In this document: in pieces, positions 22,310 to 30,598 of the stretch
Layout of the letters: each line of letters opens with the position of its first letter
How positions within the stretch are numbered: the stretch's first letter is position 1
Notes under the pieces: model-generated
Databases searched by the model: none
The model's input: only the letters and a program-made list of their open reading frames with translations
What the model was told of the DNA's origin: nothing
IMG/VR virus record: IMGVR_UViG_3300033067_000698
Span: 1 to 30,598 of that record
Reading direction: 5' to 3' (one strand)
Source: a virus
Lineage: Duplodnaviria > Caudoviricetes
Length of the DNA: 30,598 nt
Translations under genes and position numbers: made by a program

Positions 22310-23320
22310 TCATGCTCTGTAGATAAATTTTGGTTCTGGAAACCCTCTATCTTTTATTGAGTTGTTTAATACTGTTAATAATTGTTTCCAATGCTCTTTT
22401 CTACTATTCCAATTATAAAATAATTGGGTATAAACACGTTGCATGTTTATATGTAGCTTCATATCTTCAGTATCTTGAATAACATTTTCAATCGCATTAT
22501 CCATACAAGTATAAAATAGATTTGCATGTTGATGGGCACTTTCTTGCCATTGATACATAAAAGTATAATTGGAACCAGTTTCGTATAATGCACCATAATT
22601 AGGATGGACACAAATTAATCCAGCACTCATAGCTTCCATCAAACACATACATGAAGTTTCCATCCATATAGATGGATATGCAAATATGTGGGATTGTTTT
22701 AATGCTTCTCTTACTTCATCATTTGATACAGAACCATGATAAGTTGCATTTGGTAATTCTTTCAACTTATTAAATGTTCTTTCGTGTTGTTTATCTCTAT
22801 CATCCCAACCATACAGTTTAAATGATGAATAAACGTCTAGATGAATGTTATCCCATTTTTCAGATAATTTTTCAAAAACAGGAACAAGAATATCCAATCC
22901 CCTATGTGGAGTTGGGGTATAGATTATATTAACTTTTTCTTTTGGATCAGGTTTGGTATGTTCTTCAATTGGATAAATTGAATTTAATAACACATCACAT
23001 TTAGACCAAGGAATATTGTAATAATTTAAATAAGCTTGCATTTGCCAATTAGATACAAATATAATCTTATGGAATTTTTCATGACCGTTATTTGCTAATA
23101 ATTTTTCTGATGCAGGATCATTAGGCAAGTCATGTAAATATAAAATTCTAATTTTAGTTTGGTCTAAATCTGTTATGTCAGCACGAGAAAATATAATCTG
23201 AAAATTATTTAATAACTCTTTATCTATATCATTAAATAATTTTTCAGCAAGTAATTCAGTCCCGCCTTTAGAATTAGGCGCGGCGGGACTTTTAGTTAAC
23301 GTACCATTATTAATTATCAT
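22310..23320 (-). CDS. GT-B glycosyltransferase (GT4-like)
   Basis: GGTE, LHD, FVSNWQ, YTPTPHRGL, YPSIWMETSCMCLMEAMSAG (EX7E) and GALYET motifs. Confidence 0.9.
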   Translation of the reverse strand: MIINNGTLTKSPAAPNSKGGTELLAEKLFNDIDKELLNNFQIIFSRADITDLDQTKIRILYLHDLPNDPASEKLLANNGHEKFHKIIFVSNWQMQAYLNYYNIPWSKCDVLLNSIYPIEEHTKPDPKEKVNIIYTPTPHRGLDILVPVFEKLSEKWDNIHLDVYSSFKLYGWDDRDKQHERTFNKLKELPNATYHGSVSNDEVREALKQSHIFAYPSIWMETSCMCLMEAMSAGLICVHPNYGALYETGSNYTFMYQWQESAHQHANLFYTCMDNAIENVIQDTEDMKLHINMQRVYTQLFYNWNSRKEHWKQLLTVLNNSIKDRGFPEPKFIYRA

Positions 23321-23682
23321 AAAGCTTTCCTTAGATAAAATTTAGTTGTAATGTGATCTGGTGCAAAGAATTGTTCAATAATTTTTTCTACAATAGAAGC
23401 ATCAAAATTCTTACATGAGAAAACATTTAAATAAAATTCACCTGTTGAGTCAACAAAATGACCAGTAATAGATGATGTTTCAATCAATTGAACAAGAGAA
23501 TAACCAGCTTTAGATTCATCATGTTCAGCAAAATGAACAACCATTGGTTCACCATATGGTTTCATATCAATGGCATTAACTAATGTTTTAGTGAAAGCAA
23601 TAATATTACTTTTACTAGTAATTAATGATTTGTCACCATTTGAACAATCATGGGTTGATTCAAACCCCCAATATTTTGACAT
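23317..23682 (-). CDS. speD: S-adenosylmethionine decarboxylase family (pyruvoyl-dependent)
   Basis: GYSLVQLIETSSITGHF...YLNVFSCK.F. Confidence 0.85.
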   Translation of the reverse strand: MSKYWGFESTHDCSNGDKSLITSKSNIIAFTKTLVNAIDMKPYGEPMVVHFAEHDESKAGYSLVQLIETSSITGHFVDSTGEFYLNVFSCKNFDASIVEKIIEQFFAPDHITTKFYLRKAL

Positions 23683-23993
23683 TATTTGAATATTCCTAAT
23701 ACATTTTCCTCACTCACAATAGCAAGGTCTTCTCCGTTTATTTTCATTGGTTTTTGATGGAATTTTTGATACATAATTCTATCACCAACAGTAAATGTAT
23801 CCTTTAAATCTTTAGATACGGCCAATACAACACCCTCATTTGGTGTGTCTTGGGCAGATTCAGGAATATACAGCCCTGAAGCGGTTTTGTCAACAAAAGA
23901 GTCGGGACGAATCAATAAATTTTTTCCTAATGGAACAAATTCTGTTTCGTTTCTTCCTCTTAATGCAGAAGGATTAATCCAGTCTTTAGTCAT
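23682..23993 (-). CDS. groES: GroES/Cpn10 co-chaperonin
   Basis: PLGKNLLIR, KTASGLYIPESA, GVVLAV, VGDRI and EENVLG motifs. Confidence 0.9.
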   Translation of the reverse strand: MTKDWINPSALRGRNETEFVPLGKNLLIRPDSFVDKTASGLYIPESAQDTPNEGVVLAVSKDLKDTFTVGDRIMYQKFHQKPMKINGEDLAIVSEENVLGIFK

Positions 23994-24598
23994 TATTTTA
24001 CTGCATCCTTTTTTTCTTCTTCATTAAATTCTACTGCTTTACCAGTAGTAAAATAAGCAGAAGATTTTTCAGCTAATAGGCCCATAGTTCCACCAAAGTT
24101 AGCAGTAGTCATATTTAAACTTCTAGCAGCGGAATATGCGGTATCTGTTTCTCTATAATAAGATACATTGTTATTAATTTTATCAAAATTCGCACCTAAG
24201 AAGATTAATTCATATCCTCTTTGTTCTAATTCTTTAGTAATAGCTGTAATTTTATTTTTATCAAATATTTTAGATGAATTTTCTTCACCATCAGTCATTA
24301 CAACAATAACAGCTTTTTCTGAACCAGAGTCTAATGCGGACCAAAATAATCTACCAGAAGCATCTAATAATGGTGTTCCTGCTCTTGGTGTGATTTCAGT
24401 AGTTGAAACAGGTTTCCAATTTTTTGGATTTGAATTTCTAACAATGTCATATGATTGACTATCAAATGCTGCCAATACTACATTACCATCAATATCTAAT
24501 TTTTCAACAAACGCATTAATTGATCCAATAGTTTCTTTCCAATGGGTATCCATTGAACCAGAGCGATCTAATAATATAAAACAATTTTGTTTAGCCAT
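23993..24598 (-). CDS. von Willebrand factor A domain protein
   Basis: MIDAS LLDRSGSM, TPLLDA, TDGEENSS and FLGAN motifs. Confidence 0.9.
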   Translation of the reverse strand: MAKQNCFILLDRSGSMDTHWKETIGSINAFVEKLDIDGNVVLAAFDSQSYDIVRNSNPKNWKPVSTTEITPRAGTPLLDASGRLFWSALDSGSEKAVIVVMTDGEENSSKIFDKNKITAITKELEQRGYELIFLGANFDKINNNVSYYRETDTAYSAARSLNMTTANFGGTMGLLAEKSSAYFTTGKAVEFNEEEKKDAVK

Positions 24599-24773
24599 TT
24601 ATAATTTCTTTCCTTTTATTTTTAATTGCTTCTAGATATCTATCAGCTAAATATGTAGCTGTATTAATATCGTTTTTTTCTTTTGTAACGTAATAATTAA
24701 ACATTACTTCCCACAAATCAAAATCTTTCTCTTGTTGTGATCTATTATCAAATATAGATAGATTACCCATCAC
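24591..24773 (-). CDS. hypothetical protein
   Basis: 60 aa, coupled to neighbours. Confidence 0.55.
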   Translation of the reverse strand: MMGNLSIFDNRSQQEKDFDLWEVMFNYYVTKEKNDINTATYLADRYLEAIKNKRKEIING

Positions 24774-25717
24774 TTTACCTCATTTTTAATTATAGTTTCT
24801 AATGCATCTTCTTCACCATCTTCAACTTCATCAAATACTTTGTTAATGACTTCAGCAAGATATGTTCTATCAATTTCTCTTGATCCAGAATTAAGAATAT
24901 TTAATATTTGGCTAAAATATGCATAATCAACACCAACTAATTGTTCTCTTAATACTTCTGGTCTAGATAAATCTAATTTTGAAATGTCAAATGCAATCTT
25001 TAACATTTCACCAGCAGTTATAGTCCAACCACGTTTAATAAACTTCTTTAATCTAAACATTGAACAAACTGGATACAATGATCCAATATATTTAATCTCT
25101 TTAGTAAGAATTGCTTCTAAAGCTGATTGATTTAAGACTAATCCTGTTCTTTCAGTATAATAATTAGTGGTATGGGCAAAATCGTAATTATGATGGATTT
25201 GTGATGGATCACCAACAAATCTTGTAACAATCTGAATGCCATCATTTAATGAAATTGCATTGGTTGAGATAAGAGATATGCCATATTTATCCTTTTTCTT
25301 TAGGATACTTTTGTCCATATACTTATCTAATTCTTCTGGTGGACATAATTCAAAGAAACGATAACCATCTAGGCCATCTTCGCCTTCGATAACACCAGCA
25401 GATTTAATCATAATTCTAACATGACCATCAACAGGTCTAGCTTCAATTTGTGAAACTAAATTAGAAGAAGATTTTACTTTTCCTAGATAATAATTTGCCA
25501 CTTGTAAACATGAGTCTTGGGTCTTGAAATAGATGTCAAAATCATTTGGCAATTCACCTAATAGCATACTAGCAATTGCACCGCCTGTCAAGATATAATT
25601 TTCTTTAATTACCTTCTTTAGGTCTTCATTTTCAATAGTCGCTAACCATGTATTAATTTTAGTTTTAATAATTTTGGTTATAGTTTTCTTTTTAAAACCA
25701 TGATCTAACTTTTCCAT
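24770..25717 (-). CDS. Pol-beta-superfamily nucleotidyltransferase-like phage protein
   Basis: LTGGAIASMLLGELPNDFDIYF (GG...DxD); YDFAHT; R..KFIKRGW. Confidence 0.7.
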   Translation of the reverse strand: MEKLDHGFKKKTITKIIKTKINTWLATIENEDLKKVIKENYILTGGAIASMLLGELPNDFDIYFKTQDSCLQVANYYLGKVKSSSNLVSQIEARPVDGHVRIMIKSAGVIEGEDGLDGYRFFELCPPEELDKYMDKSILKKKDKYGISLISTNAISLNDGIQIVTRFVGDPSQIHHNYDFAHTTNYYTERTGLVLNQSALEAILTKEIKYIGSLYPVCSMFRLKKFIKRGWTITAGEMLKIAFDISKLDLSRPEVLREQLVGVDYAYFSQILNILNSGSREIDRTYLAEVINKVFDEVEDGEEDALETIIKNEVK

Positions 25718-25808
25718 ATTATATTACCTTTTAAATAAATCTTTCAATGAACCACTAATGAGTTTTCAATTTCGTCTAACTGCCATGCCATTATATGCAC
25801 TCCATATT

Positions 25809-25832
25809 AAAAAGGGGCATTCGCGCCCCTTT
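25809..25832 (-). terminator. intrinsic terminator
   Basis: AAAGGGGCG-CGAA-TGCCCCTTTTT. Confidence 0.85.
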
Positions 25833-25836
25833 GGTC

Positions 25837-26730
25837 TTAACGGGTTGGTTGTGGTGAGTTTTGTAATTGTGGAATTTGAATAAATGGTGTGGAACCACTA
25901 CCCAAAACTTGGGGCAAAATGCCATTCCATCTTTGAACAGCCTCGAATTGGAGGATTTCAGGGTTTGCCCTTAGTGCCCTACCTTTGGCTTCGATGGCCT
26001 TTGCTTCGGCTTCTGATTGGAGCCTAGCAACCTCTGCCGCGCCGGTGGCAACTGCTACAGCCTTTGCAGCCTCTGCCCTTGCCTGTGCTACTTCATTTTC
26101 ACGTTGCATAGCACGTTGAGTTGCAGCATTCTTTTCATCAATAGATGTTCTAATTGCTTCAGGAACTCTTACTTCTGAAATCATAGCAATAACCACAATT
26201 TCAATACCTAGAGATTTTAATTCTTCTTTTACTCGATTTTCAACCCTTTGTAGAAGATCATTTTTACCACGACCATAAATTTCATCTACAGGCATTTTTG
26301 AACCTTCTTGAACCAAAGCGTCTCTAACAGTGTTATAAATTGGACCTCGATTAATACCTTCGATACCTAGTCTATAACGTTGGAATAGAGTAGTTACTAG
26401 TTCTTCTTTAATTACATATCTAACGCTAACGTCAACACTTAGATTCATACCTTCTACAGATTGAAATCTAACAGCTTCATCATTTGGTGAAGAAGCGCGT
26501 CGATCAGCAGTAAATTCAACGTTATTTTCGAATAGAGGGAATGTATATAGTTCTTCATTCCACCATAGCCAATAACGACCGGGACTTAAAACTTGGTTTT
26601 GAACGCCACGATCAGAACCATATAGATTTACTTTAACACCAACATTACCAGCAGGAACCTTGGAACATGCCGCCATTGTTAGAGCCATAAAACATAGTAG
26701 AAGAAACTTTTTCATTATATATCCTTTCAA
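25837..26730 (-). CDS. SPFH/band 7 (prohibitin) lipoprotein
   Basis: Lipobox-like MAAC, VPAGNVGVKVNLYG, Ala-rich coiled coil, WNGILP. Likely start is MKKFLL. Confidence 0.9.
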   Translation of the reverse strand: MKGYIMKKFLLLCFMALTMAACSKVPAGNVGVKVNLYGSDRGVQNQVLSPGRYWLWWNEELYTFPLFENNVEFTADRRASSPNDEAVRFQSVEGMNLSVDVSVRYVIKEELVTTLFQRYRLGIEGINRGPIYNTVRDALVQEGSKMPVDEIYGRGKNDLLQRVENRVKEELKSLGIEIVVIAMISEVRVPEAIRTSIDEKNAATQRAMQRENEVAQARAEAAKAVAVATGAAEVARLQSEAEAKAIEAKGRALRANPEILQFEAVQRWNGILPQVLGSGSTPFIQIPQLQNSPQPTR

Positions 26731-26910
26731 TTTTTAATGTCATTATAAATGATGTAAATAGCAATAGGAAATGCTATAATACAATATACTATGAAAGCGA
26801 TAAATTGTTCTGTTGAACCAGAAACCATCATCGGCCCCATAATTGTTAGTGAAATGAATGCTACTGCAAACATAATCACATATTTAACATAATATTTAAC
26901 CCATGTCATC
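26727..26910 (-). CDS. two-TM membrane protein (start approximate, near MMTWVK)
   Basis: Hydrophobic C-terminal half of the track ORF; its N-terminal part overlaps the upstream gene. Confidence 0.5.
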
Positions 26911-27222
26911 ATAATACCCCGCTTGATACATAAACATAACATACCACATATTTGAATATGCCGTATATAAAGACTCATCATTAACAGAGTCTTTAAAATT
27001 AGGATAATCAATATTGGTAATTTTTGAAGAAATCATATCAGCAAAGTCTTTCTTTGTGATATGAATCCTATACGCATAGTCTCTTTCTTCAAGAAAAATA
27101 ATTTTATTATCAGGAAAATTATCTTTCAGATGATCAATATTTCTTGCCCTTACATAAAGATACTGATTATCTTTTGTATCTTCAACCGCAGACAAAAAAC
27201 CATTATTTAAACAAATCCACAT
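26896..27222 (-). CDS. conserved hypothetical protein
   Basis: MWICLNNGFLSAV...VRAR...DYAYR...IDYPNFKDSV. Confidence 0.75.
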   Translation of the reverse strand: MWICLNNGFLSAVEDTKDNQYLYVRARNIDHLKDNFPDNKIIFLEERDYAYRIHITKKDFADMISSKITNIDYPNFKDSVNDESLYTAYSNMWYVMFMYQAGYYDDMG

Positions 27223-27939
27223 TTATCCCTCATAGTGTTTCAGTAATGCTTCTTTACGTTGCATAAAATTTGAATGCAACTCTGGCCAATTGTGAATACC
27301 AGAAGTCTCAAACGCATTCTTAACAGCATTATGGTCTAGATTCTTCACTCTGTCAAGGGCTTTATATTCCACATGTGGGTCCTGTTGAAATACATGCCCA
27401 AATACGTGTGATGATGAGTAATTACTTGAATTAAGTAATGATTTATGTTCTGCTATATCTGGACCATAATCTTTATGGCCACCTTGGGCTCTAAAATTAA
27501 ATGCTCCACCAGTATCAATAGAATGTAAATCACCTGTTTCTTTATGTCTCATTATATTATCATGCTCTAAACCAACTACGTCCCAATTTTTGGTTAGCAC
27601 AGCAGCATGATACATGGTAGCAATTTGTTCTCTTTGTTTACCATCTAAATTTTCAAAATGATGTGGTTTCATTCGTTCTAAATTTTCATTATATTTTGTT
27701 GAAATCGCATGTTTATCATCATGTTGTTCATATTTTGGATTTAATGTATGTAATCCCATCAAACCATATAACTTTGATGTCAATTCTTCCGTCTTGGCTT
27801 GATCTGGATTTTTATAATATTTTACATAATGTTTTTCACCAGTTTCTGTGTCAACATGGATGCCACCATCATTAGACCCCATTTGTGTTCCCGGTAATTT
27901 AGCCAATGCCTCTTGAATAATATGTTTAAATTTTTTCAT
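27223..27939 (-). CDS. kinase-like (HipA/PI3K-like fold) protein with T4-type capsid-targeting-like N-terminus
   Basis: GTQMGSNDGG, YVK, E, NWDVVG...DN and IDTGG motifs; N-terminus MKKFKHIIQEA. Confidence 0.65.
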   Translation of the reverse strand: MKKFKHIIQEALAKLPGTQMGSNDGGIHVDTETGEKHYVKYYKNPDQAKTEELTSKLYGLMGLHTLNPKYEQHDDKHAISTKYNENLERMKPHHFENLDGKQREQIATMYHAAVLTKNWDVVGLEHDNIMRHKETGDLHSIDTGGAFNFRAQGGHKDYGPDIAEHKSLLNSSNYSSSHVFGHVFQQDPHVEYKALDRVKNLDHNAVKNAFETSGIHNWPELHSNFMQRKEALLKHYEG

Positions 27940-28153
27940 GCTCTTTCCTTAATAAGTATAAATTTAGTGCTTCTTCTTCCACTTGTTTAATATAACTTAA
28001 AAACCATGATAAAGGTATCTTATATTTTAAAGATATAGATTTGGCATTGCCATACTCAATTTCATCATATTGAATAGGTAATGCCAAATTATAGCATTCT
28101 ATACAAGCTTCTATATATTCAGCATAAGCTTCTTCGTATAATTCATTTACCAT
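27926..28153 (-). CDS. hypothetical protein
   Basis: 75 aa. Confidence 0.55.
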   Translation of the reverse strand: MVNELYEEAYAEYIEACIECYNLALPIQYDEIEYGNAKSISLKYKIPLSWFLSYIKQVEEEALNLYLLRKEHEKI

Positions 28154-28298
28154 TTAACGCATCTAGATATCTAGTGACATAATAATAGAAATCTTTTCTA
28201 TAATCATCTTTAAAAGGAACATAGGTTGGATTTTCCTTAACCATTGCTTCCAATGCTTTTTCTACAACTTCACTGTTTATCTTTTTTAAGTTCGTCAT
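28143..28298 (-). CDS. 51-aa hypothetical protein (not in ORF track)
   Basis: MTNLKKINSEVVEKALEAMVKENPTYVPFKDDYRKDFYYYVTRYLDALNGK*; fills the gap. Confidence 0.5.
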   Translation of the reverse strand: MTNLKKINSEVVEKALEAMVKENPTYVPFKDDYRKDFYYYVTRYLDALNGK

Positions 28299-28473
28299 TT
28301 ATTTTATCTTCCTCTAAAAATATAGCCACAAACGATACCCATAAAAACAATAAAACTAAACAAACTGCAATAATAGGAAATAACATAATTAATGTCATTA
28401 TAACTACTATTGCAATTATACAAACCGTTGCTAAAAAGGCAGCTTTTAGCAAACCAATAAAATATTTACCCAT
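28270..28473 (-). CDS. membrane protein
   Basis: Long hydrophobic stretch. Confidence 0.6.
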   Translation of the reverse strand: MGKYFIGLLKAAFLATVCIIAIVVIMTLIMLFPIIAVCLVLLFLWVSFVAIFLEEDKINDELKKDKQ

Positions 28474-28605
28474 TTACAGTAATCCTACTAAACCTTTTAT
28501 AGTAACTAGAAGATCATATCCAATACTTAAAAGATATGCAAGAAATGCAATAAATGGTATAATTAAAGTCCATTTTTTCCATTTTTGAAATGTCTCATTT
28601 GACAT
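28474..28605 (-). CDS. 43-aa membrane peptide (not in ORF track)
   Basis: MSNETFQKWKKWTLIIPFIAFLAYLLSIGYDLLVTIKGLVGLL*; TAATG coupling. Confidence 0.55.
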   Translation of the reverse strand: MSNETFQKWKKWTLIIPFIAFLAYLLSIGYDLLVTIKGLVGLL

Positions 28606-29057
28606 TAGTAATCACCTTCAACTACTTGAAATACCCTTAAGCCTACATCACGCCAAGCTTGGGTAACATTCTTTCTATCTTCAAAACACATAATTGGATT
28701 AAATCCATCCGCCCTAATGTCAACCAACATTTCAGGTTTAACTAATGTATCTGATCTAAAATCGCCGTGTTTCCTCATATAAGGACCATGATACATACCT
28801 TTTAAACCAGCAATTTCATCCAACCACTTAATGGTTAATTCTCTGTTTTCTTCTCCCCTAGCAGTTGCTATGATTAATCTACAACCAGAAGAATGAAGCA
28901 TTTTAACTACATTTAATACATCTTCAATTGGTGCATCATATAAAGTTGCTTCATGAAATTTATCCCAATTTTTAGGTTGGCCGGGAGTTATAATATGATG
29001 AATTCTATGTTCACAATCCGCAATAGTTCCATCAATATCAACTATAATATCGTACAT
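28605..29057 (-). CDS. HAD phosphatase resembling the polynucleotide kinase (PseT) 3'-phosphatase domain
   Basis: DIDGT, TAR, MR..GD.R.D..VK and FEDR..V...WR..GL..FQV..GDY motifs. Confidence 0.88.
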   Translation of the reverse strand: MYDIIVDIDGTIADCEHRIHHIITPGQPKNWDKFHEATLYDAPIEDVLNVVKMLHSSGCRLIIATARGEENRELTIKWLDEIAGLKGMYHGPYMRKHGDFRSDTLVKPEMLVDIRADGFNPIMCFEDRKNVTQAWRDVGLRVFQVVEGDY

Positions 29058-29066
29058 TATTATTCC

Positions 29067-29330
29067 TTAACTTATTGTTATTACTGAACCAACCCTGAAT
29101 GAACGCCATGCTTGCTTATCCATATCCCAACAAACAACAACATCATCATTTTTCTTTTTGGTTGTTTCAATATCTACTTTATCTTCTTTAATTTCTGGTA
29201 AATGTTCTGCTAACAGAGTAGCTTTCATTTCTCTTTCTTCACCATTTGTTTTCATAAACAAAACTGTGACAATACCATTGCGTAGCTTATTTACTATTTC
29301 TTCTTTAGTTAGTTTTACTTCTGGTTCCAT
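29067..29330 (-). CDS. WYL_2/DUF2693-like SH3-barrel protein
   Basis: V.F.K.NGE.R.M.ATL...WDMDKQAWRSFR. Confidence 0.8.
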   Translation of the reverse strand: MEPEVKLTKEEIVNKLRNGIVTVLFMKTNGEEREMKATLLAEHLPEIKEDKVDIETTKKKNDDVVVCWDMDKQAWRSFRVGSVITIS

Positions 29331-29332
29331 AA

Positions 29333-29596
29333 TTAAATTCCTTTACATGAACAATTTTCTTTACATTCACATTGGGCTTGATACAATTCAACAAAATTTG
29401 TATAACCACCAATAAATTTACCATCAACTACAACTACAGGAAATGTTTTAGCATTTGGATATAACTCTAACAATTCTTCTCTAGTAAAATCGACAGTTAA
29501 TTTTAGTTCTGTATATTCTTGTTTCTTTGCTTCTAAATATTTTTTAAGTTTTGCACAGTAATCACAATTATCTCTACTGTAATATGTTACTCTCAT
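29333..29596 (-). CDS. glutaredoxin
   Basis: CDYC, TFPVV and IGGY motifs. Confidence 0.92.
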   Translation of the reverse strand: MRVTYYSRDNCDYCAKLKKYLEAKKQEYTELKLTVDFTREELLELYPNAKTFPVVVVDGKFIGGYTNFVELYQAQCECKENCSCKGI

Positions 29597-30287
29597 TTAT
29601 ACTTCCTATTTCTGTTAGTAATTTTCTTCTTATTGCTTTTGCAAAATCATTAAAATCTTGAATAATGACTGCAAATGAGCCGGGACCATAAATCACATTT
29701 TGTTCATACCATGTGCCTACATCAGCTTCGGCATCTATAATAGGCAATGCATTAATTTGCACTCCCATTGATTTTAATATAACTCTGATAGAGTGGATTC
29801 CTTGAACAGCAGTGAGGCCAGTATCTTTACCATCACCTGAAATGTCTATTACCTTTTTATCAGCTTCAAAAGGTAAATTACCCATTATTTCTAAACTTTT
29901 AGTTAGCAGTCCTAAAACTGAAGTATCCCATGAAAATTTTCTTTCAATTGATCTAACATATTTGGCAAAATCATCGGCCTCTTGATCAGAGGATATAATA
30001 AACCATTCTGATATCCATTGTTGGTTTATTGAAGACCATTGGACATACATCACTGCGATTTTTTTATAATATCCGTTTCTGATAGCCCGTTTAATTTCTT
30101 CTGATTCAAATGCTTGTGCTATTCCTTCAACTTGAAGGTTATAACTAGGAATACTAACGGAACCAGATACATCAGTAGCTAATATAATTGCTACATCTAC
30201 ACTAGGTTTTTCAGCTTTTGCTACGGTAATCATTAATATGAAAAACAATGATAATATAGCGAAAAAAACAGATAAATATTTTTTCAT
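29574..30287 (-). CDS. DUF1194 (vWA-like) secreted protein (start at MKKYLS)
   Basis: Signal peptide; LATDVSGSV, VQWS, VIDISGDG, INAL, WYEQNVIYGPGSF and F..AIRRKL..EI motifs. Confidence 0.85.
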   Translation of the reverse strand: MKKYLSVFFAILSLFFILMITVAKAEKPSVDVAIILATDVSGSVSIPSYNLQVEGIAQAFESEEIKRAIRNGYYKKIAVMYVQWSSINQQWISEWFIISSDQEADDFAKYVRSIERKFSWDTSVLGLLTKSLEIMGNLPFEADKKVIDISGDGKDTGLTAVQGIHSIRVILKSMGVQINALPIIDAEADVGTWYEQNVIYGPGSFAVIIQDFNDFAKAIRRKLLTEIGSINESNILQ

Positions 30288-30288
30288 A

Positions 30289-30588
30289 TTATGTCTCTTG
30301 GTGTGGTGGAGTTTTTGATATATTATAGACGTTAGGATCGAATACATTTATTGTTTTCTTTTCACAAACATATGTTAAGAATAGCCCTTCATCCATATAT
30401 TCCATTGTTAAATGGGTAGTTGCATTTTCTAACATTTTTATACACATTTCTTGATTATATATGGCACCTTTAACTATTGTTCCATCAGAACCATGAACAT
30501 AAAATGGAGAATGTGTTTCAGTTCTTAAAATATCTCTGAAACGACCATCAGTACCACAATAAAACTCATCTTCTTTAATTTCTGACAA
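30289..30588 (-). CDS. hypothetical protein (start may lie outside the window)
   Basis: 99 aa ORF at the window edge. Confidence 0.5.
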   Translation of the reverse strand: MSEIKEDEFYCGTDGRFRDILRTETHSPFYVHGSDGTIVKGAIYNQEMCIKMLENATTHLTMEYMDEGLFLTYVCEKKTINVFDPNVYNISKTPPHQET

Positions 30589-30598
30589 AACTCTAATT

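Noticed and set aside
203-29415. All other plus-strand ORFs in the track
   Set aside because: Each overlaps a better-supported minus-strand gene or RNA, and all promoters, RBSs and terminators seen are minus-oriented.

Overview
An AT-rich segment of a T4-like (myovirus) bacteriophage genome, with essentially every real gene on the minus strand. The T4-type core markers are gp32 (SSB), gp59, gp33, RNase H/5'-3' exonuclease, PhoH, a PD-(D/E)xK exonuclease, glutaredoxin and TATAAATA late promoters. Several features point to an alphaproteobacterial, probably rhizobial, host: an Omp25/RopB-type outer-membrane protein, DUF1194, a permuted two-piece tmRNA and a class I LysRS-like domain. Between gp33 and the exonuclease/PhoH/rnh block lies a hypervariable region of small ORFs, punctuated by sigma70 promoters, many of them embedded in terminator-like hairpins. 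The most striking content is a translation/tRNA-centred cluster. It has two 'arm-swapped' tRNA-Arg(UCU)-like RNAs, in which the anticodon arm follows U8-A9 directly and a D-loop-like sequence sits before the T arm; they flank an HNH endonuclease gene. It also has a tRNA-like RNA with two Ile anticodon-like loops (UAU and GAU), a tRNA(CAU), a stand-alone LysRS1 anticodon-binding domain, a SpoU/TrmH methyltransferase, a HicA-like protein and a tmRNA with a 137-nt structured intervening segment. All protein calls come from recognising motifs by eye; no database searches were run.
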